From the NCBI RefSeq assembly GCF_036971445.1, contig NC_091482.1:2108001-2172000 (forward strand): DNA of 64,000 bases, written 5' to 3'. The DNA is from Narcine bancroftii (taxonomy: Eukaryota). Positions 1 to 12,618 of this stretch are shown here, one piece after another. Position 1 is the stretch's first letter, and each line of letters starts with the position of its first letter. The notes below the pieces were generated by a model. The model was not told the origin of the DNA and did no database searches. It was given only the letters and a program-made list of their open reading frames with translations. The position numbers were made by a program, and so were the translations under genes.

Positions 1-86
1 AAGAAGGGGTGTCTGGGACACCTGCCTTCATTGGTCAAGATGTTGTACAGGAGTCCAGGCATCACAGTGCAGTTGTGGATTGGGAG

Positions 87-272
87 CCAGGCCGTGTGGA
101 GCTGGACCCAGGCCGTGTGGAGCTGGACCCAGGCCGTGTGGAGCTGGACCCAGGCCGTGTGGAGCTGGACCCAGGCCGTGTGGAGCTGGACCCAGGCCGT
201 GTGGAGCTGGACCCAGGCCGTGTGGAGCTGGACCCAGGCCGTGTGGAGCTGGACCCCAGGCCGTGTGGAGCT
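87..272. repeat. 21-bp tandem repeat (ccaggccgtgtggagctggac), ~9 copies
   Basis: Directly visible near-perfect tandem array; explains the repetitive ORFs at 9-421. Confidence 0.95.
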
Positions 273-299
273 AGATTTGTCCTACTGTAGAAATGAGCA

Positions 300-610
300 A
301 TGTTACTAAAATTGGAGCTGATGCAAGGAGAGGAGAGACTGGATCGGCTGGGACCCTTCTCCCCAGAGTGAAGGAGGGCTGAGAGATGATAGACTGAAGT
401 TTCTAAAGTCACAAGAGGCATGGATTAGGTAAAAGTCCATCTCTTTCCCCAGGGTAGGGGAATTAAAAACCAGAGCACAAATATTAAGTGGGGGGGGGGG
501 TAAGATTTAAGAGGCACCTGAGGGGCACCTTCTTCACATAGAGGGTGGTGGGTGTATGGAATGAACTGCCAGGGAAGGGATGGAGGTGCGGACAATTTAC
601 ACGGACAGGA
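300..610 (+). mobile_element. CR1-type LINE 3' fragment, degenerate
   Basis: Matches the CR1 3' sequences elsewhere in the window (cttcttcacatagagggtggtgggtgtatggaatgaactgcc). Confidence 0.6.
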
Positions 611-739
611 AAAGGTTCGGGCTGAAGGAACTCAGCAGGTTATGCACCATCCACAGGAAGTTTCAGGCCTGGGCCCTTCATCAGGGAGAAGCAAAACAGG
701 CAAGTGTCGTCTGAACAAGAAGTTGTGGGATGAGTAGAG

Positions 740-1175
740 AAAGGGGGAGGAGTACAGGCGGACAGAGATGGGAGGTTAGAAGAGGGAGGAGGAGGAGTAC
801 AGGCGGACAGGGATGGGAGGTTAGAAGAGGGGGACGGGAGGAGTACAGGCGGACAGGTGGACAGAGGAGGTAGGTTAGAAGAGGGAGGAGGGGATGGGGA
901 GGAATACAGGCAGACAGGTGGACAGAGGTGGGAGGGGACAGGGAGGAGTACAGGCGGACAGAGGAGGTAGGTTAGAAGAGGGAGGAGGGGATGGGGGGAA
1001 TACAGGCAGACAGGTGGACAGAGGTGGGAGGGGACAGGGAGGAGTACAGGCGGACAGGTGGACAGAGGAGGTAGGTTAGAAGAGGATGGGGGAGGAATAC
1101 AGGCAGACAGGTGGACAGAGGTGGGAGGGGACAGGGAGGAGTACAGGTGGACAGAAGTGGGAGGTTAGAAGAGAA
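740..1175. repeat. GA-rich imperfect tandem repeat
   Basis: Recurring gagtacaggcggacaggtggacagagg/ggttagaagagg units. Confidence 0.85.
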
Positions 1176-2036
1176 CATCGAATATTACAGCAGAATACAG
1201 GCTCTACGGCCCAAATATTGTGCTAACCAATACTTTTATACTTACTCACAACAAACTAACCCTTCCCTCTCTCACACCTGGAACACTTGACTATTTACTC
1301 TACAATGTATTACTGTGAGGATCAAACTTGATCAAGCAGTAATCAAAATGTTTGTGGATATTTATCTCATCGTGAGATTTGACCACAAAACTAGAACATT
1401 GCTGCAGATTCAGGCCCTTCAGCCCACGGTACTGTACTATCCTAGTTAAACTGAACCTTCCTTCTCTCATACCTGTAACCCTCCATCCATGTGCCTGCCT
1501 TTTTAAATGCCCCTAATGTTCCAGCCTCCACCACCATCCCTGACAACACATTCCAGGCCCCCAGTACCCCTGACGTCTCCCCTGAACTTGCCTCCCCTCA
1601 CCTTAAACAGATATCCTCTGGGGTTTGCCACAAGCTGAGAAGTGATGGGGGGTGGGGGGGGTTATTTGGGGTGGAATACAGGAGAATGAGATGGATGTCC
1701 GCATTTTGGTCATCATGGGTCTGTCTCCACGCCGAACAACTGAACGAACTGATGAGAACAACTAAGCTGTCATTTTGCTGCTTTCTCATTACAGAGACGA
1801 GCTGATACTGGGGTTGTGAATCCAACCCCACTCTCCCCCCCCCTCCCACCCCCCCAATGCGGAGCAAAAATCCCCAGGCATCAAAGAAGGCTGTGGGCAG
1901 CAGACCAGGAACTGTGTGGGGGACATAGAGGAAGAACAGTGGTGGGCACAGAGGGGTCAGCAGAGATTGAGCGCAGAGCAACACAGAGGCAGCAGGAATC
2001 ACCAAACCACACAACACAACTGGGTGCAAGCATTAC

Positions 2037-2137
2037 CTTCCAGAGCGGCACACGTTGGGACCTTCAGGGTCAAGTGGCTGCAGGTCCATAGACGAGGTGA
2101 GCGAGCAGAGACTGACCAGGAGGAACAGAGTGCCCAT
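2037..2137 (-). CDS. SCARF1: First coding exon of a scavenger receptor class F (SCARF1-like) gene; the rest was not found in the window
   Basis: gccATG at 2137; MGTLFLLVSLCSLTSSMDLQPLDPEGPNVCRSG(R) is a signal peptide plus the LDPxGxNVC motif of the SCARF/MEGF/PEAR1 N-terminus. The 101-nt exon ends AG|gtaatg (phase 2), matching SCARF1 exon 1 as I recall it. Confidence 0.65.
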
Positions 2138-2394
2138 GGCCTTCTCCCGTCCCCGGCTCTGTGAGCGGCCTCTGTGAGCAGGGCTCTGTGTGCGGGCTCT
2201 GTCTGTGCTGTCCCTGCTGGCGGCTCTGGAGACCAGAGCTGTGCGTCCCTGCCGGGAAGTGTGGCTTTTTCCTGGGGAAGTGGAGGAGGGCTGCACTTCC
2301 TGACATTCAGCTACAGAGGAACAAAGAGCCAGCGGGTATGTTTGTCTTGGAGGGAGCCTTACTCCCACAGTGACGGCCTGATGCACAGAACACA

Positions 2395-3070
2395 AGGACA
2401 TCAGGAACAGGAGGCAGCCATCCGGCCCATCGAGCCTGCTGCCCCATTCAATGTGATCACGGCTGATCTGATGATGGGCTCATCTCTACCCACCTGCCTT
2501 CTCCCCTGATCCCTTAATTCCCCAACTATGTGAAAATTCTATCCAGCCTTGTCTTAAATCTATTTACTGAGGTGGCCTCCACTGCTTCAATGGGCAGCGA
2601 ATTCCACAGATTCCCCACCCTCTGGGAAAAGCAGTTCCTCCTCATCTCTGTCCTAAACTATTCTCCTGAATCTTGAGGTCATGCCCCCTAGTTCTGGTCA
2701 CCCCCACCAATGGGAACAACTTACCGACCTCCATCTTATCTATGCCTTTCATAATTTGATACATTTCTATATGATCCCCTCTCATTCTTCTAAATTCCAG
2801 TGAGTACAGTCCCAGACGACTCAATCTCTCCTCATAGGCCAACCCCCTTCATCTGGGTGAACCTCCTCTGCACCACCTCCAAAGCCAGTCCATCCTTCCT
2901 CCAGTAAGGAGACCAGAACTGCACACAGATCTCTAAACTGGGCCTCACCAGGACTTGGTACAGTTGCAGCAGGACCTCCCTGCTCCTAAATTCGATCCTT
3001 CTAGCAATGACAGCCAACATTCCAATTGCCTTCTTGATGCCCTGTTGCACCGCAAACCAACATTTTGCCA
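2395..3070 (-). mobile_element. CR1-type LINE 3' portion (RT C-terminus and 3'UTR)
   Basis: Fragments SREVLLQLYQVLVRPSLEICVQFWSPY and [21 protein letters not shown]. Confidence 0.9.
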
Positions 3071-3074
3071 AGAA

Positions 3075-3875
3075 GTCAGGTCAAGACAAGCTTATTATCA
3101 TCTATACAAGTACAACCTGATGAAACAGCGTTCTCCAGTCCTCAGTGCAAAAACATGCAGACGCATAACCAGACATAACACACACACAGACAAACAATAC
3201 ATATACAGGACAAGTATTATATCTTCACAAACAAATAAATATCATTTCGTACTTACGAAAGTCTCGGGTGGTCATTGTGAGCAGTTCTTTTGGTCGTTCA
3301 GTATTCTCACTGCCCGTGGGAAGAAGCTGTTCCTCAGCCTGGTAGGACTGGCTCAGATCCTCCTGTATCTCTTCCCTGATGGGAGCAGCTGAAAGATGGG
3401 TGGAAGGGGTCCTCGATGAAGGGTGTTGAGTCCCAGCAAGGACAGCTTCTCCACCAGGCTCTGGGGAACGATTGTATTAAACGCGAAACTGAAATCAATG
3501 AACAACAGCCTGACGTACAAGGCCAGGATGGAGTGAAGTGACAAGGCTACAACATCGTTGGTGGAACATGTTCTTCTGTAGGCGAATTGAAATGGGTCCA
3601 GTGTCTCTGGTAGGTGCGCCAAGATGCTCGAAGCATTTCATAATGGTGGAGGTCAGTGCCACAAGGCGGTAACATTTGGGGCCTGTTATTGTCACCCTTT
3701 TGGGTACTGGGATGACGGTGGCTGCCTTGAACCCTGTGGAATGATGGACTGCTGCAGTGAGGTGTTGAAGATGCCCATGAAGACCTCCATCAATTGGTCT
3801 GCACAGTTCTTCCGTGCCCAACCTGGTGTGTTGTCTGGTCCCACCACCTTGTGTGGGTTCACCCTTCTCCTCACC
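3075..3875 (-). mobile_element. Rex1/Babar-like LINE fragment
   Basis: [42 protein letters not shown] and [15 protein letters not shown]. Confidence 0.8.
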
Positions 3876-4050
3876 TGTATCCTCTGCACAATTTGCTTTT
3901 CCCCTCAATTTCGTGTCATCAGCAAACATAAGATACACGACCCTCTGTCCCCTCCTCCACATCGGTGATGTATATTGTGAACAGTTCTGGGCCCAGCTCC
4001 AACCTCTGTGGCACCCCACTCACCACTGATTCCCAATCAGATACACCCTG
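3876..4050 (-). mobile_element. CR1 RT fragment
   Basis: SDWESVVSGVPQRLELGPELFTIYI and FADDTKL. Confidence 0.75.
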
Positions 4051-4054
4051 CACA

Positions 4055-4190
4055 ATGACAGACACATCCCACCCATATTGTACCCTGGTGTTACACAGGG
4101 ACAGACCCGTCCCCACCAGTACTGTACCCCGGTGTTACACAATGACAGACCCGTCCCCACCAGTACTGTACCCTGGTGTTATACAGCGAC
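4055..4190. repeat. 44-bp minisatellite (same family as 15430-15730)
   Basis: gacagacccgtccccaccagtactgtaccccggtgttacac units. Confidence 0.8.
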
Positions 4191-6089
4191 ACTCTACCCC
4201 AAAACACAACGTTCCTTGCTGTCACTGTGTTACAATGCTGACTCCAGTCTCCTGATCTATGCCTGCTCTCCTTCTCCATTGACTTTATGTCTAATACTGA
4301 TGTGTTGGCACAAGTGTGAGACCGCTTTGTTATGAGCCGATGAAGACTTCCTCAGACTGGCTTGCCCGACCTCTCTCATGCCCCTGCAGGGTAATCATTG
4401 GGTGGGGAGGACAGATCTCTTCACTGAGTCCGGGCACTCCCACCACAACTAGGAAACTGAAGCAGGAATGCTGAATCCTTTTGGCACTGCAAGCCGAGGT
4501 GAGGTTGCAGGGGCGGGGGCCAGTGGAGGAACAGGACGAAGGCCAAAGCCTATAATGTCATCAATCCACACTCAGGGGAAGTGGCAGAGAGACACCCAGC
4601 TGTATCACACTCTCTGACAGAAAGATGCCACCATGGAACTTAAAACAGCAGGGGCTGATATGCTGTAATAGAGAGGGTAATGGGGGGAGGGAAGTGGGGG
4701 GAGGGAAACGGGGGGGAAACAGTAGGAGGGAAATGGGGGGAGGGAAACGGGGGAGGGAAATAAGGGGAGGGTAATGGGGAGGGTAACGGGGAGGGGAAGG
4801 AGAGGGAAACAAAGGGAAAATGCAGAAAGAGAGTGGGAGGGAAGGGGAGGGGGAGATGAAACAGAAGGAGACGGGGAGAGCACAGAGGAAAGAGTGAATG
4901 CTGTAAGCAGCATCATCGAGATACAGACTCTCCACCCACCGACTCCGCTCATTGACACCACCTGCACCCCTACCTGGGGTAAGTCTACCCTGCAAATACA
5001 CACCTGCCTATCCATCAGACATTTCCAAAACAAATTCAATGGATTTGGTGGGTAATGAAATCTGAATTGTAGAAAGCATTTAGCATCTGGATTGTCAAAG
5101 GTTTTATCGAATGGCTTATTGTCCCAGGTAAACACTCTGAGGAACGGCACACAGTGGGGTTGGGTGGGGGCGGGGTGAGGGAGAACTGCACGGGGGGTAG
5201 AACAGCCCTGGGGGTGAGGAGGAACTGCCCGGGAGGGTGAGGGAGAACTGCACAGGGGTAGAACTCCCCTGGGGATGAAGGAGTACTGCCTGGGTGGTGA
5301 GGGGGAATGCTGTGTAGGTGGGTGGGGAATATGGAGGGAGCAGCGCAGTACAAGGATGCCTTATTTCGCTGCCTCAGCTCCTGGCGGAGGAACCAAAGGT
5401 TTCGGTGTAAAGGGCAAAGTCACACTGGGTAAAATGTTCACAACAACATCAGAGCCGCTGTGGGCTTGCTGGCTCAGGATTATTGATACCGTGGCTGTTA
5501 ATTATTTCCGCAGGTTCACATCACTCAGGGAAGTGATCAAAGGGCATGGGTTCGAGGGAGGTCCGAACAGAGGAGTGAGAGATGGAGGATCTGGGGAATG
5601 TGCATCTGAGAGGATGACTTTTGCTGAGGTTGATCATGAGATACAATGATGAAATTCTGTTGTCAAGTCCAGGTCTCTTGCATCTGCATCAGTGAAGCAA
5701 TTAAACATACCCGAGTCTCACAAACACCTGTGGAGCCAAATGTCCCAAACATTATGGTGCCCTGAAATGAGGGGACTCTGTATAAAAAGTGCTGTAATTT
5801 CTACACGGTCAAACCAAAATATCTGTGAATAAAATCTGGAATGTGGACCTGAATCACAGGTGAATTAAAACTGTGGGGCACAGGGGCAAATAAAGAAAAG
5901 GTTGTCTTTGTCCCAGACTTCTGGCGGGCCCTGTCGGTTCCGAGTAGGGTGACTGGTCCAGTTCTCCTGTCCCGACTGCCCAGCCCCCCCATTGCCTCCT
6001 CGGTGGCTCCACGAACACCCACCTCATCAGCCAGCGACACTGGGGAGGTGGGTGGGGGAGGGGTCGTGGTCCCCGTCCCAGCAGTCTGG

Positions 6090-7110
6090 CCTGCTCTGGG
6101 ATCTTGCTGTGCCTAGGTGCTGCCACTGTGACACGAAGGGGCGGGGTCCTGGGGGGTGACCCAGGGGTCAGGGCTGGAGCCTCACAGCTGGTTGCTCCGG
6201 GGGAAAAGTCCCGGGCCGATCGGGGGCGGGGCCAGGCCCAGGGGGCGGGGCCAAGGTCAGGGAGACATGGAGGCGGTGGGCGAGTGGATCCGCCACCGTT
6301 TCCCGGCGGTGAAGAACCTCGCTCGGACGCGGTGGAGCAGCTGCTGCGGGAGGAGCGGGAGCAGCTGCGGCTGTTGGTGAGGGGGTGAGGGGGTGGGGTC
6401 CGGGGAGGGGGCTTCCCTGGGGCATCCGGACCTGTCTCTTCACCCCCCCATCCCGTCCCTCTTCTCCCATCCCCCCCCCTCGTGCCTGTGTTCCCGCCTC
6501 GCCCATCCACTGGCCGAGGTCGGAGGGAGGGGGGGGGGGGGGGGGGGGAGGGAGAAACAGGGATTCTTCCCCAGACACAAACATTGATCTGGGGGTCAGG
6601 AAGAAATTCTATGAACCTTGTTCATCATCTGACTCAGGAGTCCATTCGGGCCCATCGACTCTGCTGGCTCAGTGACCCTGTTGCCTCATTGGCCCACGGA
6701 CTCCCTGTTACCATTCACCCTCACACCATTCCCCCACCCACTACTCTCTGAGGGGGGGGAGAAAGAGAAAACCGAGCCCCTGGGGAGGGCGGGGACTGAG
6801 ACGGTCCCAGGGAGAACGTGGCAAACTCCATACAGAGGGTGCAGGGTAACACCCATCTCACTCTGGCTGCAGGACGTCCGGAGTCCAGCTGAATATGAAG
6901 TCAGTCACTTGGAGGGAGCCATCCGCGTTGACCCGGAGACCAGTGACATGGAGCAGTTGGTCAACGAGCTGGGACTGGCAGGTAGGGACCACTGAACCCA
7001 CCCACCCCCTGGGGTTAGTCCGTCAGCTCACCCCTCCCTGTCTGGGTATCCCAGGGTCACCCAACCCCAATGATGGCACCAGGCCAGATCTGGGCATCTC
7101 CGGCTCCTGA
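6090..7110 (+). repeat. Left arm of the inverted repeat (partner 13030-13960)
   Basis: Reverse-complement homology; the core 6774-7069 versus 13066-13358 differs at only ~4 positions. Confidence 0.9.
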
Positions 7111-7129
7111 CCAGAAGTCCAGCAGACAG

Positions 7130-7970
7130 CAGGCTCCAGTAGGATGGAAAAGGTGCAGAGGAGGTTCACCAGCAGCTCAGGTTATGTGGGGAGACTGGAG
7201 TTTATCTCCCTGGAGTGCAAGAGCTCAAAGGGAGAACTTGTAGGTTTATAAAATAACAAGGGGACATTGATAAGGTAAATAGACCAGAAGGGTGAATACA
7301 GGATTAATGGTCGGTTACTTAACAGTGTGGAGGAACAGAGGGACCTTGGGGTCCAAATCCATGAATCTCTCAAGGATGTGGTGCAGGTTGATAGGATAGT
7401 TAAGAAGGCCTATGGGATGCTGGGCCTCATTAATAAGGTGATTGAATTCAGGAGTCAAGAGGTCATGTTGCAACTCTACAAACATCTGGTTCACACTTGG
7501 AGTATTGTGTACAGTTCTGGTCACCTCATTACAGGAAGGATGTGGAAGCTGTTGAGAGGGTGCAGAGGAGATTTACCAGGATTTTGCCTGGATTGGGAAA
7601 CCAGTCTTATGAGGCAAGGTTAGCAGAGCTGGGACTTTTCTCTTTGGAGCGAAGAAGGGTGAGAGGTGACTTAATAGAGGCCTATAAGGTTCTGAGAGGC
7701 ATAGATAGGGTGGGCAGCCAGCACCTGTTTCCCAGGGCAGGATCAGGAAACACCAGAGGACGTGTGAATAAAGTGAAGGGAGGGAAGTTTAGGAGAGACG
7801 TCAGGAGAGTGAAACATTGGGGCCATTTAAGAGATTCTTAGACAGATGCATGCATGAAAGGAAAATAGAGGAGTATGAGGTAGGGAGGGTTGTGTTTTAT
7901 TGGTAGGAATAGATTGGTCAGCACAACATTCAGGGCTGAAGGGCCTGTTCTGTGCTGTAGTGTTTTAGGT
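7130..7970 (+). mobile_element. CR1-type LINE 3' portion in intron 2 of copy A
   Basis: [14 protein letters not shown] and [48 protein letters not shown]. Confidence 0.9.
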
Positions 7971-8124
7971 ATTATTTCCCCACCCCCCCCCCACCCAGAA
8001 TAGAAGTGTCTAAATCTAGAGGGCTCAGGGAAGGGATCGGAGGGGCACCTTCTTCACACAGAGGATGGTGGATGTGAGGTAGGGGCTGCCAGAGGGATCA
8101 ATGGACATGTAGATTTTGTGGTTT

Positions 8125-8640
8125 ATGAGTTGAACACAGAACTAAAAATACGATGCTGGAGAAACTCAGCAGGACAAACATTGTATACGACCAACGATTC
8201 AGGCTTGAGCCCATCATCAAGTTATGAGCAAAACATCGGAAGGTGCTGAAACATAATGGTGTGGTGGGGGGGGAAGAGGGCAGGGGCAAGGTGAGGAGCA
8301 CGGTCGCACAGAAAGGAGGTACTAGGTGGCTAAGGGAGGGAGGGCACAGCAGCAAACGGGGGGAGGGGGATGGCTCTGTGAATGGAGAGAGAAGGGGGTG
8401 GAAAATTGGAGGGAAGGAGACAGAGGGACGGGGAAGGGAGGGAGAACAGGGAGTGGGCCAGCAGAAATGGGAGAAGTCGGTTAATGCCGCCCAGTGGGAG
8501 AGGGCCCAGATGGAAAATCAAGTGTTACTCCTCCAATTTTCGGGTGGCCTTGGTGGGACAGTACACGAGGCCATGAACAGACACGTGGGTGGGGTGGGGT
8601 ACAGAATTGAAGAGGTTGGACTCTGGGAGATCCCTGTAAC
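8125..8640 (-). mobile_element. Penelope-like element-derived repeat
   Basis: Homologous to the 26730-27290 element that carries a GIY-YIG remnant; terminal ttgatga..gggctcaagcctgaa motif. Confidence 0.6.
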
Positions 8641-8643
8641 AAG

Positions 8644-9280
8644 GCTGTGTAAAATGGGGTTAACCAATGCCCCACTCACGCAGCAGCTAGAAAGGGTCTG
8701 ACTGGGTCAGTGTGGCGCAAATCCAACCAGGTCCCTGCCCTACTTCGGAGGTAGTCAGGGAACCCAGTTAAACTGACCCAGGACACATCCTCCTGCGGCT
8801 TGAACAGAAAATGGCTGACCTGGTTACAGGGATGCCCCTGGGTGAAGTGCCTGCTGCGATCAGGGGGTCTCTGACGCAGGGCTCAGGGAGGGGAAGGTTG
8901 TTGCCGCAAGGGGGAGAGAGGGGTCCACAATTGTGGGGGAGTGAGCTTGCTGCCAAATGGGGGAAGAGGTCGATGTTGCGGGGGAGGGGGTGTGCCATGA
9001 TCAGCAGGAAATGGGTCGCTCCTGAAATGGGGAGAGGAGAGGGGTCCGGTGGGGGGGGGGGGGGGGCCTCACGGCCAGTGGGGACATGAACCAATAGTTC
9101 CTGAGTGCGTGACACGTCACTTACCATGTCATCGCGGGGGCGAGATCCTCCTTAAATTCCCAGGTTGGCAATTTAATGGGTCGATCCCCTTGCAGCTTAA
9201 AAGGTATTGGAAGCACCTTTTCCCCCATAATCGCACCCAGGTCCCAGAACGGCTTCCCGGGTGCTGCAGCTTAAATATGT
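8644..9280. mobile_element. Non-autonomous interspersed element (related copy inverted at 28395-28815)
   Basis: gctgtgtaaaatggggtta..agaaagggtc and cttaaat..ccaggttggcaattt..tgcag shared in reverse complement with 28395-28815. Confidence 0.55.
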
Positions 9281-9339
9281 CTATTGATGCAGCTAGAGCA
9301 GGTGATCAGTGAAGTGATCTCCCAGTCTGTGCCCAGTCT

Positions 9340-9610
9340 CTCCAATGTGGAGAAGCCCACCCTCCCTCCCTTATCCACCCATTACATTCTGCCTGTGGGG
9401 CTGTGCTCCTTCCCTTACCCCTCCTCCCCACCATTTTGTTCAGGCACCTGCCTACATTTTGCTCAGCCCTTGATGAAGGACTCAAGCCTGAAACGTTGGT
9501 TCTGTACTGTTATCGTTGCTCTATAAAGGACGCTGTTTGTCCTACTGAGCTTCTCCAGCGTCGTGTTTTTACTTCAGCCACAGGGTCTGCAGACTTTTGT
9601 GTTTTACTTC
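9340..9610 (+). mobile_element. Penelope-like element 3' repeat
   Basis: cttgatgaaggactcaagcctgaaacgttggttctgtac..tctgcagacttt terminus. Confidence 0.6.
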
Positions 9611-10227
9611 CAGACACAGAACGAGCTCTTTGGCAAGGGTTTGCATCTTGAGGTGTCAGGCCTCTTGTGACTCTGTTAACCGATGTCTTGTCTGTGGAAC
9701 GTTGCAGATGGTTTGAAGGACAAAAAGGTCGTGTGTTATTGTACCGCTGGTTATCATGGCTCAGAAATGGCTCAGAAACTCGGCAAGGCCTTGACATCAG
9801 ATTCCGAACAGGGGACGCAGAAGGTTTACAACCTGGAGGGGGGCCTGCTGAAATGGGGCAATGAGAAGAAGCCCTTGGTCGATGCCAAGAACTGTGCCAC
9901 CAACCTCGTTCATCCCTACAACGATGTGTGGGCTCAGCTGCTGGAACCCGAGTTCAGAGCCCCGCTCTGATCCTGGAGGGAGTCTCTCTTCCCCCTGCCT
10001 GGTGAAATCCTGGGGGTCAGAATTAAATAGAGTGAAGTGTTTGGATTTCTGTGTATCGATCGACTCTCAGTCCGGATAATTCGTAAAACTTACCAAAAAA
10101 TTGTTGTGAAGAAATGAACAAATTAAACACCTGTCTATACTGCACATACTGTCCAAGTTCAAAGCTATAGCCTTGCTCCCTTTCGAAGGCACTGACACCT
10201 ACCCCTCCCCCCCCCACCACCCCCCTG

Positions 10228-10858
10228 CACACTGACCCTCACTGGGGGGATGGATCCTCTGCTCACTGACCCTCACTAGGGGGGGACGGGCCCACACACG
10301 CACTGACCCTCACTGGGGGGGGGAATGGGTCCCACGCACAGTGACCCTCACTGGGGGGGACGGGGCCCACGCAAACTGACCCTCACTGGGGGGGACGGGG
10401 CCCACACAAACTGACCCTCACTGCGGGGGAAGGGCCCACGCACACTGACCCTCACTGGGGGGGGACGGGGCCCACGCACACTGACCCTCACTGGGGGGGA
10501 CGGGGCCCACGCACACTGACCCTCATTGGGGGGACGGGGCCTACGCACACTGACCACCACTAGGGGGGACGGGGCCCATGCACACTGACCCTCACTGGGG
10601 GGATGGGGCCCACGCACACTGACCCTCACTGGGGGGGACGTGCCCCAAGCACACTGTCCCTCACTGGGGAGGGACGTGCCCCAAGCACACTGACCCTCAC
10701 TGGGGGGGAACGGGACCCACGCACACTGACCCTCACTGGGGGGGCGGGGCCCACGCACACTGACCCTCACAGGGGGGACGGGGCCCACGCACACTGACCC
10801 TCACAGGGGGGACGGGGCCTACGCACACTGACCACCACTAGGGGGGACGGGGCCCATG
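10228..10858. repeat. ~35-36-bp minisatellite
   Basis: cacactgaccctcactggggggggacggggcccacg units, ~17 copies. Confidence 0.9.
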
Positions 10859-12618
10859 AGGTGCTGTGTCCACAGCAGTTGACTAAGGAGGGAGAGGAGG
10901 AAATCCTGCCTGCAGTAGAATGGATTCCATTGGTGGAGGAAGTTTGCATCAATGTATCTTTGAGCTGTTGTTCCTCTTGTAATGAAGAGGAAATTCCAGC
11001 ATTTTCATGTGGAATCAAACAGCTGAATAATGATTATTTGCCTCACCTCTGTTAGCTGGGAGATAATAGTTGGTGGGGCACCTCTTGCTCAAACCTTTAG
11101 CTGATTTGGAGCCAGTTTTTGGCTTCCACCCTGACCTTCTGACAAACTTTGATAACCATAATCAGTGTGCATGCAAGTATCCCTCCCCTGACTCCCTGCT
11201 CTCAGACCACGCTGTTACATGTTCAGCTCTTGGTGATCCAGGAGGTTGGCAGATATCATTAGCTGCACTTTGAGTAAATACGAGTTTCTCATGACGAAAG
11301 TTGGCCGTGCACCTACTGAGTCATGCCTAGTTCCCAGCAAAACATCCTCTCCCCTCCCCTTCCTCCTCATTTTCCCTAGGCACATTTCTCTCTCCCCACC
11401 CCCCCCCCCCCAAATCTGGTCTTCCTTTCTCTGAATCCCTCTGACTGACTCTCCCTACCCCTCTCTTTCTCTCTCTCTGTTTCTCTTAGATCCCCATCAA
11501 CTCCTTGATTCTGCGTATCAATGTTGAAAATAATTTACAGTTGTCAAGTCAACTTACCAGCAAGGAGTCATCAGTCCAGGGCATCTGGTGGAACCTGTGC
11601 CGTTACAGGGATAGCAGCTGGAGGAAGTGGTGTTGAGAATAATCTCGATGTGTATGCAGAAGGATGGGTTAAATGTAGGCGCACATGGTAGTTCAGGTGG
11701 ACCGCACGAACATGTTGGGATGAAGAACCTGTTTCCACACTGCAGAACTCTGGCCGCTAACCAGGAGAGCCAATGGACCCAGTGCACAGGTAGGATCACT
11801 GGGTATTGTGCAGTCACTCTTCCACTGAACTACTCCAATGACATTTGCAACTGGTCCTGGGTTGAGCACTGTTCTCCTCTCCACCCCAATCATCAGGCCA
11901 CCTCCCCCTCTCCATCCCCCACAGCTCTCTCCTCCACTGTCCCAACATCCTCCCTGTTCCAGTTTACCTCCCCACCCCCACATCCCATCTCCCCCCATTG
12001 ACCCAGAGAGACAAGGCTGATGGATAGAGAGAGGACACCGGCAACAGCATCAGAAAGGACCTAATCTCTAGGTTCAGGAACAATTCCGCCCCCAACAGGT
12101 ACCACCCAAACCCTAAGCGAATTCGGGACCACCAACAGGTTTTAAAATTCACGTATTTTTGCGGTACGAACCTCACATACTCGTTTAATCGTCCATCCCG
12201 TTCCTCCCCTCCCCCCCCCTTGTTTTTTGGCCCGGTCGCCTGAACGCGGACTCGACACCCGGTCCCGTCGCCTTGAAGGACGTCGGGACTCACCGCGGTG
12301 AAAAGTTTGACCCGTGTAAAAGTCGACACCCCAAAAAACTGGTCCCCAAAATGTGCCGATTACACGAAAACTGTATCTACGCTGCTATTTCTGAACTCTT
12401 GTCCCGCCCTGGCCATCGTGGTCGTTTCCAGGACTGTGGCCGCGGCAAGAACTCACTGGACAGTCAATCAACTCCCAACTTTCAAACCAGACTTTTATTA
12501 GCAATTTTAAAACGGAGGACGAAGACCGTCCGGTGGGAGTCGGGAGGGAGGGGAGCCTGCGGGGGGGGTGGGGGGGGGGCTGGTGGGGAATTGGTGGGGG
12601 AGAGGCTCCCTCCCCCAC

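Larger units (their letters stand above)
6267..9970 (+). pseudogene. Rhodanese-like domain gene, copy A, frameshifted in exon 1 (pseudogene, allele or assembly error); exons 6267-6376, 6873-6981, 9708-9970
   Basis: GT-AG introns in phases 0 and 1. Restoring one G at ~6321 gives 160 aa containing LLDVRSPAEYEVSHLEGA, VVCYCTAGYHG, KVYNLEGGLLKW and VHPY. Exon 1 is 110 nt versus 111 nt in copies B and C. Confidence 0.8.

Noticed and set aside
87-272. CRISPR-like regular repeats (also 10228-10858, 15430-15730, 53938-54445)
   Set aside because: Head-to-tail tandem units without unique spacers, no cas genes, eukaryotic context
1800-1915. Candidate SCARF exon 2 after a good polypyrimidine tract (cccccacacag|TTCCTGGTCTGCTGC)
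   Set aside because: In the required phase it hits a TGA after ~10 codons and lacks the CCxGW motif; the real exon 2 is probably left of the window
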